From an uncultured virus (IMG/VR IMGVR_UViG_3300020530_000425) (Duplodnaviria; Heunggongvirae; Uroviricota; Caudoviricetes), in the IMG/VR virus record IMGVR_UViG_3300020530_000425: a DNA stretch of 64,000 nucleotides; one strand, 5' to 3'. Shown piece by piece: positions 9,434 through 18,758 of the stretch. The notes beneath the pieces are model-generated. The model was not told the DNA's origin. It ran no database searches and saw nothing but the letters and a program-made list of their open reading frames with translations. Positions within the stretch are counted from its first letter, which is position 1. Every line of letters begins with the position of its first letter. The translations under genes were made by a program, and so were the position numbers.

Positions 9434-10431
9434 TACAGTCTACTTTTGTATTCTAAAATTGATTTTGTTAATCCTTCTTTTAAAGATGTTTGTGGTAGGA
9501 TTCCGTATTGTTTTTGTTTTTTAGAACCTAAACATCTAATAGGGTCTCCGTTTGTTTTTGTAGAATCCCAAACTATGTTTTTAGTTTTACCCGTAATTTC
9601 AGTATAACATTCAACAATGGTTTCAATTGTATCTTTAATAGATACTGCTTCTGCACATCCAAAGTTGATAATATCTCTAACTTCTTTCTTAACTACATCA
9701 ATAGATGCCTGTGCTACATCATCTCCAAATACAAAATCTCTTTTTGATGAACCATCACCCCAACATACCATTTCCTCACCTTCTACATTAAATAATTTCC
9801 AAATGTTAGAGGATATTACCGTTGCATCTTGCGCAAAATTATCGTTTGTTCCATAGATGTTAGAAGGTCTAATTACAGTCCAATTATCCCAACCATACTG
9901 AACTCTTAATGAATCCAATGTAAGTTCTCCCATTCTCTTTGTCCAACCTGGATGCCAATCTAAACGAGATGGGGTTGATGCCCAAGTTTCTTCTTGATTC
10001 CAAGTATCTTCTTCATTCATTACATCTGCTGGCTTATAAACTCCAACCGATGAAAGATAAACGAACCAATCAACCTTTGCATCAAACGATGCTTTAATCA
10101 TATTGGTATTAAACATCAACATTGGGAATAGATAATCAGCAGGACAAGTTGATGACCTTGCTGGTGAGCCTTTTACTCCTGCTATATGTAATACAATATT
10201 AATATCATCTAACTTAAACAAATCCTCACAATGTGAAAGATATGTTAAATCGGTTTTTACCAATTCCAATCTATCTTGATATTGTCCCTTTAAGAAATTT
10301 AAATTTTCACTAAATCTTAAATCTACTGCATATACTTTTGCAGCATCTTCTTCTAAACATTTTTTAACTGCTGGTAATCCTACCAATCCATTTGCTCCCG
10401 TAACCAGAACGGTTTTTCCTTTTAATTCCAT
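9433..10431 (-). CDS. NAD-dependent epimerase/reductase (extended SDR)
   Basis: TGANGLVG, LSSVGVY, RPSNIYG, WGDGSSKRDFVF; the YxxxK position reads PGWTK. Confidence 0.88.
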   Translation of the reverse strand: MELKGKTVLVTGANGLVGLPAVKKCLEEDAAKVYAVDLRFSENLNFLKGQYQDRLELVKTDLTYLSHCEDLFKLDDINIVLHIAGVKGSPARSSTCPADYLFPMLMFNTNMIKASFDAKVDWFVYLSSVGVYKPADVMNEEDTWNQEETWASTPSRLDWHPGWTKRMGELTLDSLRVQYGWDNWTVIRPSNIYGTNDNFAQDATVISSNIWKLFNVEGEEMVCWGDGSSKRDFVFGDDVAQASIDVVKKEVRDIINFGCAEAVSIKDTIETIVECYTEITGKTKNIVWDSTKTNGDPIRCLGSKKQKQYGILPQTSLKEGLTKSILEYKSRL

Positions 10432-10438
10432 TTTATTT

Positions 10439-11842
10439 TTATTTTGTTGTGTAATCTATTTTTATTTTTTCAAATATCTCATCAAAACACTCATAGTTTT
10501 CAAATGAGTATATATGCTTTTGGTTATATAATAATATATCAATTATTGAATAATACCAATTATGTAATTCCTCAATTGGTATATTTTTTAATTTAAGTAA
10601 TTCTTTTTCTAAAAGTAATATTCTTTTTTTAGGGTCTATTTCTGAATCGTAACTCTCATCTATAAATGGTTCAAATGTTTTAAAGCCCAGCCTCTTTAAT
10701 TCTGCTAATGTTAGATAATCACCAAACACCAAAAATGGTTGTAGATTTGAAATTGGTTTAAATATTTTTTCTGAAAGGAAAACATTTGGTCCAAAAAATG
10801 TTTCAGTTACTAAATGAAAATATGAATCCGCATACCATTCTTTTTTATTATTTCTAACTCCAAATGCCTGTTTCTTATCAGATGGAACTTCTTTTGTATC
10901 ATCTTCATACGGTAATAATGATTCTAATTGTGTTGTATATTTTTCAATATTTTCAAAGGTGTCATCATATACATTTGTTACGATACTTTTTAATTTATCT
11001 TTTTCTAATTGTTGTATAAATGTAAATAACCCATCTTTTAACAAATCATATTTTAATGCAAAATACCCCATCATAGTTCTTTGTGGTTTTTGCATTGTTC
11101 TATTTGGGGATAAAAATTTATGTTTTCTAATTTTAGTAGAATCCAAATCTTTTTCTTCAAATAATTCACACAAATACCCCAAATTACCAATCATTGGAAA
11201 TGAATTTATTTCATCTGCGTATCCTCTTATAAATAAGTGTCCATTGTATATTTTTATTTTACTATCAGAATACATTTGATAATATTCAGAAAATTTACTT
11301 CCTCCTAAAATTATAATATTGGAACTATCAACTCCTAACTCATTTAATTGAAGTTCAAATTTTCGTATATTATTTGAATCATATAACGGGTCGTGTATCA
11401 TATTTACCAATATCTTCACTTTACCCAATTTAATTAAATCAAATAATTCAGGTTTTATAATATCTTTTAAAAACCAACTATATTTTGTATCATTTAGTAA
11501 AAAATTGTTTTCACAATGTAGTGCAGAAAGTGTATCTTTTATTTCCAATGGATACACATATACAAAATCATCATCTTTAATTTGATTAAATGATACTATA
11601 TTTTTAGGAAAATTTCTAGAAAAATAATTAAACAATTCCGAATGGTCAAATTTAATACTCTTTTCTTCCGATTGATATTGGAGCACCTGATACCAATCTA
11701 GTTTTAAATTATTTTTTAAAATATGTTGAATAAATTCCATAATAACAGGATGCATCCCATTACCAAATGGTTTTAATTGTCCTTGTTCAATATACCAATC
11801 GGTATATATTATTTTAAAATTTGAACCATGTATTGCATTCAT
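10439..11842 (-). CDS. GT10-like putative glycosyltransferase, paralog 2
   Basis: LVTETFF..FLSEKIFKPI..QPFLVFG...GFKTFEPFIDESYD. Start moved to MNAIHG (11842), 1 nt after the upstream stop. Confidence 0.55.
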   Translation of the reverse strand: MNAIHGSNFKIIYTDWYIEQGQLKPFGNGMHPVIMEFIQHILKNNLKLDWYQVLQYQSEEKSIKFDHSELFNYFSRNFPKNIVSFNQIKDDDFVYVYPLEIKDTLSALHCENNFLLNDTKYSWFLKDIIKPELFDLIKLGKVKILVNMIHDPLYDSNNIRKFELQLNELGVDSSNIIILGGSKFSEYYQMYSDSKIKIYNGHLFIRGYADEINSFPMIGNLGYLCELFEEKDLDSTKIRKHKFLSPNRTMQKPQRTMMGYFALKYDLLKDGLFTFIQQLEKDKLKSIVTNVYDDTFENIEKYTTQLESLLPYEDDTKEVPSDKKQAFGVRNNKKEWYADSYFHLVTETFFGPNVFLSEKIFKPISNLQPFLVFGDYLTLAELKRLGFKTFEPFIDESYDSEIDPKKRILLLEKELLKLKNIPIEELHNWYYSIIDILLYNQKHIYSFENYECFDEIFEKIKIDYTTK

Positions 11843-11843
11843 A

Positions 11844-12803
11844 TTAATATCTGTATATTTTTTTAACACTATTCCCTACATAATTGTTATCGTGAAAGAA
11901 ACTTTCAAATAACAATTCATTTTTTATATAATCTTTAGTACACATTAAATTAAAAATATTATCTGAACTTTCTGGTGATATATTGTAATTTATATCGTTA
12001 TTTATCATATCATTTACAAAATTTTTAATTCCATCTACTATTTTTATTTTATCACTAAAATATTTCTGATTGTGTGTATCTGCTTCGTTTACAAACTCAT
12101 CATTAACAATATCGATATATGTTCCAACTTTATCTGTAAATACTGATTCAAAAAATATAATATTGTTTTTAAAATTACATTTTTCAAAATCATAAAAACC
12201 TTTTGTATTTTTCAAATCTATATTTCCTTTATAAGTCATATATCTACCTTTTAAATCTAAATCAAATGTTTTTTGTAAATAGTATTGAGTAGTTCCCTGA
12301 TACCCACTATCAATCATATATACATTTTTACATTCTCCAATCGTATTATTAATATATTTTTTATATGAATCTCTTAATAGTTTGGCTTTGCCTAATATAT
12401 CCGGAATACATAAATTTAAATTTGGTAATCTATTTAAAGTATCAATTTGAATATTAGTTTCTGTAACATAATTTAATCCAAATCTATCTTTAATCAATTC
12501 AGATAAAGTGCCTTGATATCTATGTAAATTAAATGATTCGTAGATATCATCTTCAGATACAAATGAAGATAGTGATGATAATTTTCTTGATGTTTTAAAA
12601 TAAATTGAATTTGGTAAATTATATTTTATTTTAAAATCTTGATATAATTGATTAAGAAAATATCCTTCTCGTGAGTTAAATAAAATCAAATCACCATCTT
12701 TTATTTCATCTTTCAACCAATTAAAATAGTTAAATAATAATGGTCCAAAAAAGATGTAACCAAGTTCTTCTAATGATTCTGGATTTTTAACAATATGACC
12801 CAT
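11844..12803 (-). CDS. Protein resembling the C-terminal part of HAD-superfamily proteins found in polysaccharide loci
   Basis: LGYIFFGPLL, FNSREGYFL, TSRK, IDSGYQGTTQ motifs; no DxD HAD motif of its own. Confidence 0.6.
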   Translation of the reverse strand: MGHIVKNPESLEELGYIFFGPLLFNYFNWLKDEIKDGDLILFNSREGYFLNQLYQDFKIKYNLPNSIYFKTSRKLSSLSSFVSEDDIYESFNLHRYQGTLSELIKDRFGLNYVTETNIQIDTLNRLPNLNLCIPDILGKAKLLRDSYKKYINNTIGECKNVYMIDSGYQGTTQYYLQKTFDLDLKGRYMTYKGNIDLKNTKGFYDFEKCNFKNNIIFFESVFTDKVGTYIDIVNDEFVNEADTHNQKYFSDKIKIVDGIKNFVNDMINNDINYNISPESSDNIFNLMCTKDYIKNELLFESFFHDNNYVGNSVKKIYRY

Positions 12804-13234
12804 TATAAGTAAACTTTAAATGAAGGTATGCCAAGTGAAATCCACAAATCAATTATTTCTTGTTTATCATCAAACGCACAATACACATCATCTTTGATAA
12901 AATCATTGTACATTTTTCGTTTTAACTCTACATCTTTAATATAATGATTTTCTTCACCTCGCATGAACAATCCATCATATTTAACTCCATGCATTTCTAA
13001 CCAATCCTGTGTAGAATTAAGTATCATTCGTGGTCTACTAGTTAGTATATAAATTCCATAATCATTATATAGGTGATTTATAATATCAATCATAGGTAAG
13101 TTAGGCCTATCTGATATTACATTTTTATAATCATATAAAACATCCCAATCGATACTATTATCAGATTTGGTTGCAAGTGCATACCTTTTTTTATTTATTG
13201 AAAGAGTATTATCTATATCGACTATAACAATCAT
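12803..13234 (-). CDS. HAD-family phosphatase (T4 PseT phosphatase-domain-like)
   Basis: VDIDNTL, LTSRP, LFMR..D..LK, FDD motifs. Confidence 0.85.
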   Translation of the reverse strand: MIVIVDIDNTLSINKKRYALATKSDNSIDWDVLYDYKNVISDRPNLPMIDIINHLYNDYGIYILTSRPRMILNSTQDWLEMHGVKYDGLFMRGEENHYIKDVELKRKMYNDFIKDDVYCAFDDKQEIIDLWISLGIPSFKVYL

Positions 13235-14433
13235 TTTCGTAAACCTTGTTCTTCATAACTTACAGGTACTTTTATTCCTGTATTACACCCATTACAATTA
13301 TCGCAAAATGTGATATATCCTAAATTTGTATATCCCAAATCGAATTTTATAAAATCTTCTTTTGATATTGTTTTTAAATCGACATAATCATTTTCATTTA
13401 ATGGAAATAATTTTGTAAGTACTGCTGATGTATTCAAATGACAATAATAAAACTTACCATCGTTTAAACCTCTAAATGGTGCCGTACAACTATCAAAATG
13501 TTTAATTAATTCATCCGTTGGTAAATTGTTTTTAATTCTTAAATCACCAAAATCATACCATTCAATTTCAGTTCTAACATAGTGATTTATATCCCATTCT
13601 TTTAAAGTATTAATAACTCTTAATACTTTCTTTTGAATATTTTCTAATTTATCAGTATAATCACTAACACTTAAAATAACATCATTATTTTTTAATAACT
13701 CTAATGTGCTTTCTTTAGGTGAAATTGTACCATTTGTTGTAATTATAAATTTATCTATTTTATCTATATGTTTAGATAAAACATGCTTTATAATATCCTC
13801 AATTTGTGGATGTAAAAATGGTTCACCACCAACTAAATGAAACACACTAATATAATCAGTAATATTAAAAAATAAATCTATATCAGATTTAATTATTTCA
13901 ATATCTCTGTGATTTGGTGAAACATAATGTGGCATAAACATATTACAATATGAGCATGCTAATGTACATTTTTCGGTAACTAAAACATCCGTTTGAAATA
14001 TATGAACCATATTCTTATACTGTAATGGCCATATAGATGCAATGTGTTTATATGTAGTATAATCTACTTTGTTTTCTTCCAAATAATTTTTATAGTAATT
14101 TTTATAAACATCAGATGTTATAATTACTTTTTCATTTTTATTTAAATCAAAATCATCAATGTGAATTAATGGAATACCGCTTCTATCTATTTTAATATTT
14201 TTTGATTTTCTAAAAAACTTACTTATTTCATCAATATTATTTAATATAAATTTATCTTTAATATTATGGTCTACAATATATTTTATTTTTAATCTATCAT
14301 TCCCCAATAAAAAATCCATAGTTCTAATGAATTGGACACACTCTTTACTTGCACCAAATAGTACATATTCCTTTTCAGTATCCCATTCAGATATGAAGTT
14401 ATTAAAATCGTGTAAATTAGGATTGTATAACAT
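13231..14433 (-). CDS. Radical SAM protein with N-terminal Rossmann-like domain
   Basis: CTLACSYC, GGEPFLHP, TTNGT; C-terminal C..YYCH..CDNC; N-terminal YVLFGAS..YIVD. Confidence 0.9.
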   Translation of the reverse strand: MLYNPNLHDFNNFISEWDTEKEYVLFGASKECVQFIRTMDFLLGNDRLKIKYIVDHNIKDKFILNNIDEISKFFRKSKNIKIDRSGIPLIHIDDFDLNKNEKVIITSDVYKNYYKNYLEENKVDYTTYKHIASIWPLQYKNMVHIFQTDVLVTEKCTLACSYCNMFMPHYVSPNHRDIEIIKSDIDLFFNITDYISVFHLVGGEPFLHPQIEDIIKHVLSKHIDKIDKFIITTNGTISPKESTLELLKNNDVILSVSDYTDKLENIQKKVLRVINTLKEWDINHYVRTEIEWYDFGDLRIKNNLPTDELIKHFDSCTAPFRGLNDGKFYYCHLNTSAVLTKLFPLNENDYVDLKTISKEDFIKFDLGYTNLGYITFCDNCNGCNTGIKVPVSYEEQGLRK

Positions 14434-14434
14434 A

Positions 14435-15070
14435 TTAAAATACTACCCATTTACCACTTCCGTAGTGTGGATATTTTGATTTATATTCATAATGAATTAC
14501 ATCGGATGGAATATCTTTCTTTGTATTCCAAGTTGCTTCCGTTGGAGTGTAGGTTGAAACCGCATTATCTTCTACTATAAAATATACGGGTAAATCAAAG
14601 TTTCTAGCATATTTATGAACTTCATAAAATATACCACTTTCAAAACTCATATCTCCAACAAATACCCAAACCTTTTCATCACCACCTTTTTCTTTGATTC
14701 CCATCGCTACACCTAACGCAATCGATAAAGTACCTCCAACAATAGCAGATGCATAAAATTTCTCATCTATTTTACATAAAGTAATTGATTTACCATTCAA
14801 TATTTCATTTTTAATCCATTCAGGTGAAATACCATGTAATAGTGCGTGATAGTGAGACCTCCAAGTTGAAAATACCCAATCATTAGCAGATATTCTTTTA
14901 AATATTTCTATGAGTTGTTCTTCATTACCATTTGATAGATGTATAGGTCCTCTGATTTTACCGTTTTCCCACTCTTCCACTATATCATTTTCAAAGTCAA
15001 TTAAATCCTGTGGTGTGAGTGTAGTATCTACCTCATTTAAAGTTTTATATTGTTCTAAATTTTGTATCAT
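14435..15070 (-). CDS. ThDP-binding E1-alpha-like subunit (short)
   Basis: GPIHLSNG, STWRSHYHAL, SAIVGG, VGDMSFESG...VEDN (ThDP-binding motif). Confidence 0.88.
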   Translation of the reverse strand: MIQNLEQYKTLNEVDTTLTPQDLIDFENDIVEEWENGKIRGPIHLSNGNEEQLIEIFKRISANDWVFSTWRSHYHALLHGISPEWIKNEILNGKSITLCKIDEKFYASAIVGGTLSIALGVAMGIKEKGGDEKVWVFVGDMSFESGIFYEVHKYARNFDLPVYFIVEDNAVSTYTPTEATWNTKKDIPSDVIHYEYKSKYPHYGSGKWVVF

Positions 15071-15606
15071 TATCTATCTCTTTTTTGTAATATTGGATTA
15101 TTTGTTGGCCATTCCATCTGATATTCGGGGTCGTTCCATTTAACAACACCTTGTTCGTCAGCATCGACATAACCGTCTTTATAAAATAAATTATAGTGAA
15201 ACATACAATCGGTTAATGCATAATGACCATTTGCAAAACCTGGTGGAACTAATACTTGATTTCGCAATCTTTCTGAAATAATATACGATTCCCAATCTCC
15301 ATAAGTAGGTGAATCTTTTCTCATATCTAATACAACTAAATAGATATCACCAACTGCTGCTTGAACTAATTTCCAAGTCTTATTATCCCAATGCAATCCT
15401 CTCAATACTCCTTTATAAGAACGAGAAAATCTTCCATGTACTTCACATTTACTATCGATATAATCGACTATTGGGTGTTCAATTGAATGAAATGTTGTCC
15501 ATATTTCACCTCTATATTCTCTAAATACAGATGGTTGGAATGTTGGAACTTCATAACCAAATTTTTTCGATGGAGTAATTTGAAACTCATCCCATTTACT
15601 ACTCAT
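15070..15606 (-). CDS. rmlC: dTDP-4-dehydrorhamnose 3,5-epimerase family protein
   Basis: SYKGVLRGLH, KLV..AVGDIYLVVLDMRKDSPTYG, VPPGFANG, WNDP. Confidence 0.9.
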   Translation of the reverse strand: MSSKWDEFQITPSKKFGYEVPTFQPSVFREYRGEIWTTFHSIEHPIVDYIDSKCEVHGRFSRSYKGVLRGLHWDNKTWKLVQAAVGDIYLVVLDMRKDSPTYGDWESYIISERLRNQVLVPPGFANGHYALTDCMFHYNLFYKDGYVDADEQGVVKWNDPEYQMEWPTNNPILQKRDR

Positions 15607-15607
15607 A

Positions 15608-16573
15608 TTATGTATTGTTTGCGTACCCTAATGGAAACCCATTTCTAAACTCTGCTCCCATTTTTGGAACAATCATTTGATATGCTTGAATTAATTCTTC
15701 AATACCTCTATCCAACCCCCACTCTGGCACCCATCCAGTTTCCTCTAGCTTTGCGTTAGAAACTATGTAATCTCTCTTATCGGGGTCTTCGTAATAATCG
15801 TTGTATGCTACGGCAAAATCCTTTACGTGGGATTGAATCTTTTCTAATAATTCTTGCTTTGAAAGATTAGCATTACTCAACCCTACATTAAATACTTGAC
15901 CTTTATATTTTTCGTAGTTTATAATCATAAATAAAAATGTAAATGCAACATCTTGAATGTGAATAAAATTTCTCTTAAAGTTTTTTTCAAATACTACGAT
16001 ATATTTATCTGTAATTGCTTTATAAACAAAATCGTTTACCAATAAATCGGTTCTCATTCTAGGTGATACACCAAATACAGTTGCCAATCGGAAAGTGATT
16101 GCCGATGTGGTTGCTCTTAAAAAAGTTTCAGCATCACACTTTGTTTGCCCATACACTGATATAGGTGTTAGTGGTGAATCTTCCGTACATTCAGTTTGCC
16201 CAACCCCAACACCGTAACCACTATTTGTGTTTGGATATAAAATCTTTTTATCCTTTGCAAATTTTACTATGTTACAAATTTGGTCAAAATTGATTTCCCT
16301 TGCCAGCTTTGGGTCTGCTGCACACGCAGGAAACCCAACAATTGCAGCTAATGGGATTATCACATCGGCTTCATTACACAATTTTTGTAAAAGAAATTCA
16401 TTACGAACATCTCCATATATAAATTTGAATTTAGGATTTGAAGTATATTGTAATAATGACGTTTGGTTAAATAATAGTTTATCCAATACCACTACCTCAT
16501 AGTTTTGTTCCAATAACATATTAACTAATACAGTACCTAAATAACCTGCACCACCTGTAACTAATATTTTCAT
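15608..16573 (-). CDS. NAD-dependent epimerase/dehydratase (extended SDR)
   Basis: TGGAGYLG, LAAIVG, canonical YGQTK, RLATVFGVSPRMR. Confidence 0.9.
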   Translation of the reverse strand: MKILVTGGAGYLGTVLVNMLLEQNYEVVVLDKLLFNQTSLLQYTSNPKFKFIYGDVRNEFLLQKLCNEADVIIPLAAIVGFPACAADPKLAREINFDQICNIVKFAKDKKILYPNTNSGYGVGVGQTECTEDSPLTPISVYGQTKCDAETFLRATTSAITFRLATVFGVSPRMRTDLLVNDFVYKAITDKYIVVFEKNFKRNFIHIQDVAFTFLFMIINYEKYKGQVFNVGLSNANLSKQELLEKIQSHVKDFAVAYNDYYEDPDKRDYIVSNAKLEETGWVPEWGLDRGIEELIQAYQMIVPKMGAEFRNGFPLGYANNT

Positions 16574-16577
16574 AATT

Positions 16578-17342
16578 TTAGAAATAAATGTTCTTTTCTA
16601 TATAAAATTGAGGATAATTTCCACTAAAACTAACATCCCACACTTTATATCTATTGTAATGATTAAAATCACATAAAAATGCAAAATTATTTCTATATGG
16701 ATAATCGTAATTTAATTTTCGTAAATCATTATAAACTATATGTGAATAATCCGTTGCGTAGTTATCGATAAAATCTTGAATTTCTTCAATTTTTAATTTT
16801 TTGTTTAACACAAATGCCATTTCAAACTCAAAATCTCCAATACATTGATGTTCTTCTGGACCAATCATACTCCCACACCCAAACCAATAGAAAGAATGTT
16901 CGTATTTCATCTTTTCACCATCTTCAAATGCAATAGTTCCTACTAATTTTCCATTTTTATAACATTTGATAGTTCTTTCCAAAAAATGGTCACAAATCAT
17001 AGCGTACTCATTGAATTCGTTAATTTCTTCTGGTAATAATCCAGTAAAAATTTGTTTTGCGTACATTTCAGTTCTGCCATCTTCAGTTTTTTTTGAAAAC
17101 CAATATGTAAATCCAATCGAAATAACTCCCAAATTATCTTTATAAGCAGAAATACCTGAATGCATTCCATTTCTGGCAATTGCAAATGATTCTTTATTTG
17201 TAATTACGGTATCAGGAAATACTTTAAACTTTACGAATAAAGAAAAATCCTCATCCATATCTTTATCAATTCTTCTTGACACCGCATATCTACTTTCCGG
17301 CAAAACGAAAAATATACTATCTTTGTTTACTCTTAAACTCAT
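16578..17342 (-). CDS. Stand-alone LamG/concanavalin-A-like domain protein
   Basis: FSLFVKFK, CYKNGKLV, LCDFN pattern parallels the inserts in the adjacent GT7 proteins. Start moved to MSLRV (ATGA overlap at 17339-17342). Confidence 0.55.
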   Translation of the reverse strand: MSLRVNKDSIFFVLPESRYAVSRRIDKDMDEDFSLFVKFKVFPDTVITNKESFAIARNGMHSGISAYKDNLGVISIGFTYWFSKKTEDGRTEMYAKQIFTGLLPEEINEFNEYAMICDHFLERTIKCYKNGKLVGTIAFEDGEKMKYEHSFYWFGCGSMIGPEEHQCIGDFEFEMAFVLNKKLKIEEIQDFIDNYATDYSHIVYNDLRKLNYDYPYRNNFAFLCDFNHYNRYKVWDVSFSGNYPQFYIEKNIYF

Positions 17343-18754
17343 ATTTTTATTGTTGAACAAAAGTGATAAAATTCTTCTAATTCAGGGAATGTTTTACAAA
17401 AATCAGTTCCTCTACGTTTATCATGATTTGAGAAATATTGATAAAAACTATATCTATTTTTCATTTGTTGTGTTGCATCCTGCGGAGAAACCATCCAATC
17501 ATAAATTCTTTTTACTTTTTGAACCTCAACATCAGAATATCCAATATGTTTTGGGTCAAATGATGGTGCCGCATAATATGTAATTAGTTTGGCTTGGTCC
17601 GTAATATGTTTAGCGTAATCAAAAGGAAGTACCTGAACCGTCTGATGTAGCGGGTATCGTAAATATGATGAATCTAAAAACACTGCAGAATTCCAATATC
17701 TATCGGTAGATGCGTATACATCTTTTAATGTGTAAATATTATGAATTAATTGTTCATAATTAAAAACACTTAACGCATTGTATGTAGACATGAATGTTAT
17801 AATAGTTCTTGGACATTGTGTAAGAATTTTATTTACGTTATCCCAAAATTTATTGAATTCTAATCCAGTACGAATGTATTCTGCTTGCTCACCCCACGTA
17901 TCCGTAGATGTAAATATTACAATTTCTTTTACCCTACCTTCATCCTCTATTTTTTTTATTTTTTCAATTAGTTTATCTATTAATTTATCAGGAACTCCTA
18001 AATTTGAATTAATTGCTAATTTTAATTCAGTATTTGGGTTTGGATGATTTAGAATGTAATCTAATACACCCCAAGTATCCTTTGACATTAACGGTTCACC
18101 ACCAGTAATTCTAAAAGTGTGTAAATCTTTGTATAAATCAGGCCACCATTTCCAAAATGCTTCAACATAAGGATTATATTCTTTGTTTGGGATGGGTAAT
18201 TTATCTTCATTTTTCATCCAATCAACTGAATTGAAATTGTCTAATGTTGGATACGCTCCAAATTCTTCAATTTCTTCCATCCATTTTGAACTGTATGCAG
18301 GACCACAATAGGAACATTTAAAATTACACGCATTTGAGAATGCAACTTCTACATACTTTGGATTAAAATCTTCTCTCCAATCAGATTGGATGATATCATT
18401 TATAAATGGATAAGACCAACTTTCACCTGATTTAAAAACTCTATCCGAAAAACGGTCTGAATTATCTTCCACTTTCCAACAATAATCACATTCGGTTGGT
18501 CTTGCTCCTTGTAACATTTCTTTTCTACGAAGTTTTTTGTATCTCGTATTGTGAAGTGCAGATGGATTTCGTGCAATTTCCGTTTCTGAAATTTTATGTG
18601 TTTGAGGGTGGTGACATGAGTGGTTATGCCCACTTTGTAATTGCAATGTTACCTGCGTCCATTTAGCGGCACACATACCTGGACCAACTGCATCTAACTC
18701 ATCTTTAACTCTTAAATATATCGGATTTTCCGAATAACTTTTATCTTCTGCCAT
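17339..18754 (-). CDS. Radical SAM protein with N-terminal twitch-like domain
   Basis: CNFKCSYC, TGGEPL, INSNL; N-terminal CAAKW..SCHHP..CDYCW. Confidence 0.9.
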   Translation of the reverse strand: MAEDKSYSENPIYLRVKDELDAVGPGMCAAKWTQVTLQLQSGHNHSCHHPQTHKISETEIARNPSALHNTRYKKLRRKEMLQGARPTECDYCWKVEDNSDRFSDRVFKSGESWSYPFINDIIQSDWREDFNPKYVEVAFSNACNFKCSYCGPAYSSKWMEEIEEFGAYPTLDNFNSVDWMKNEDKLPIPNKEYNPYVEAFWKWWPDLYKDLHTFRITGGEPLMSKDTWGVLDYILNHPNPNTELKLAINSNLGVPDKLIDKLIEKIKKIEDEGRVKEIVIFTSTDTWGEQAEYIRTGLEFNKFWDNVNKILTQCPRTIITFMSTYNALSVFNYEQLIHNIYTLKDVYASTDRYWNSAVFLDSSYLRYPLHQTVQVLPFDYAKHITDQAKLITYYAAPSFDPKHIGYSDVEVQKVKRIYDWMVSPQDATQQMKNRYSFYQYFSNHDKRRGTDFCKTFPELEEFYHFCSTIKI

Positions 18755-18758
18755 ATTT

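Noticed and set aside
5020..15070. Pyruvate dehydrogenase auxiliary metabolic genes
   Set aside because: Both subunits are short, no E2/E3 is present in the window, and the context is sugar-nucleotide enzymes.
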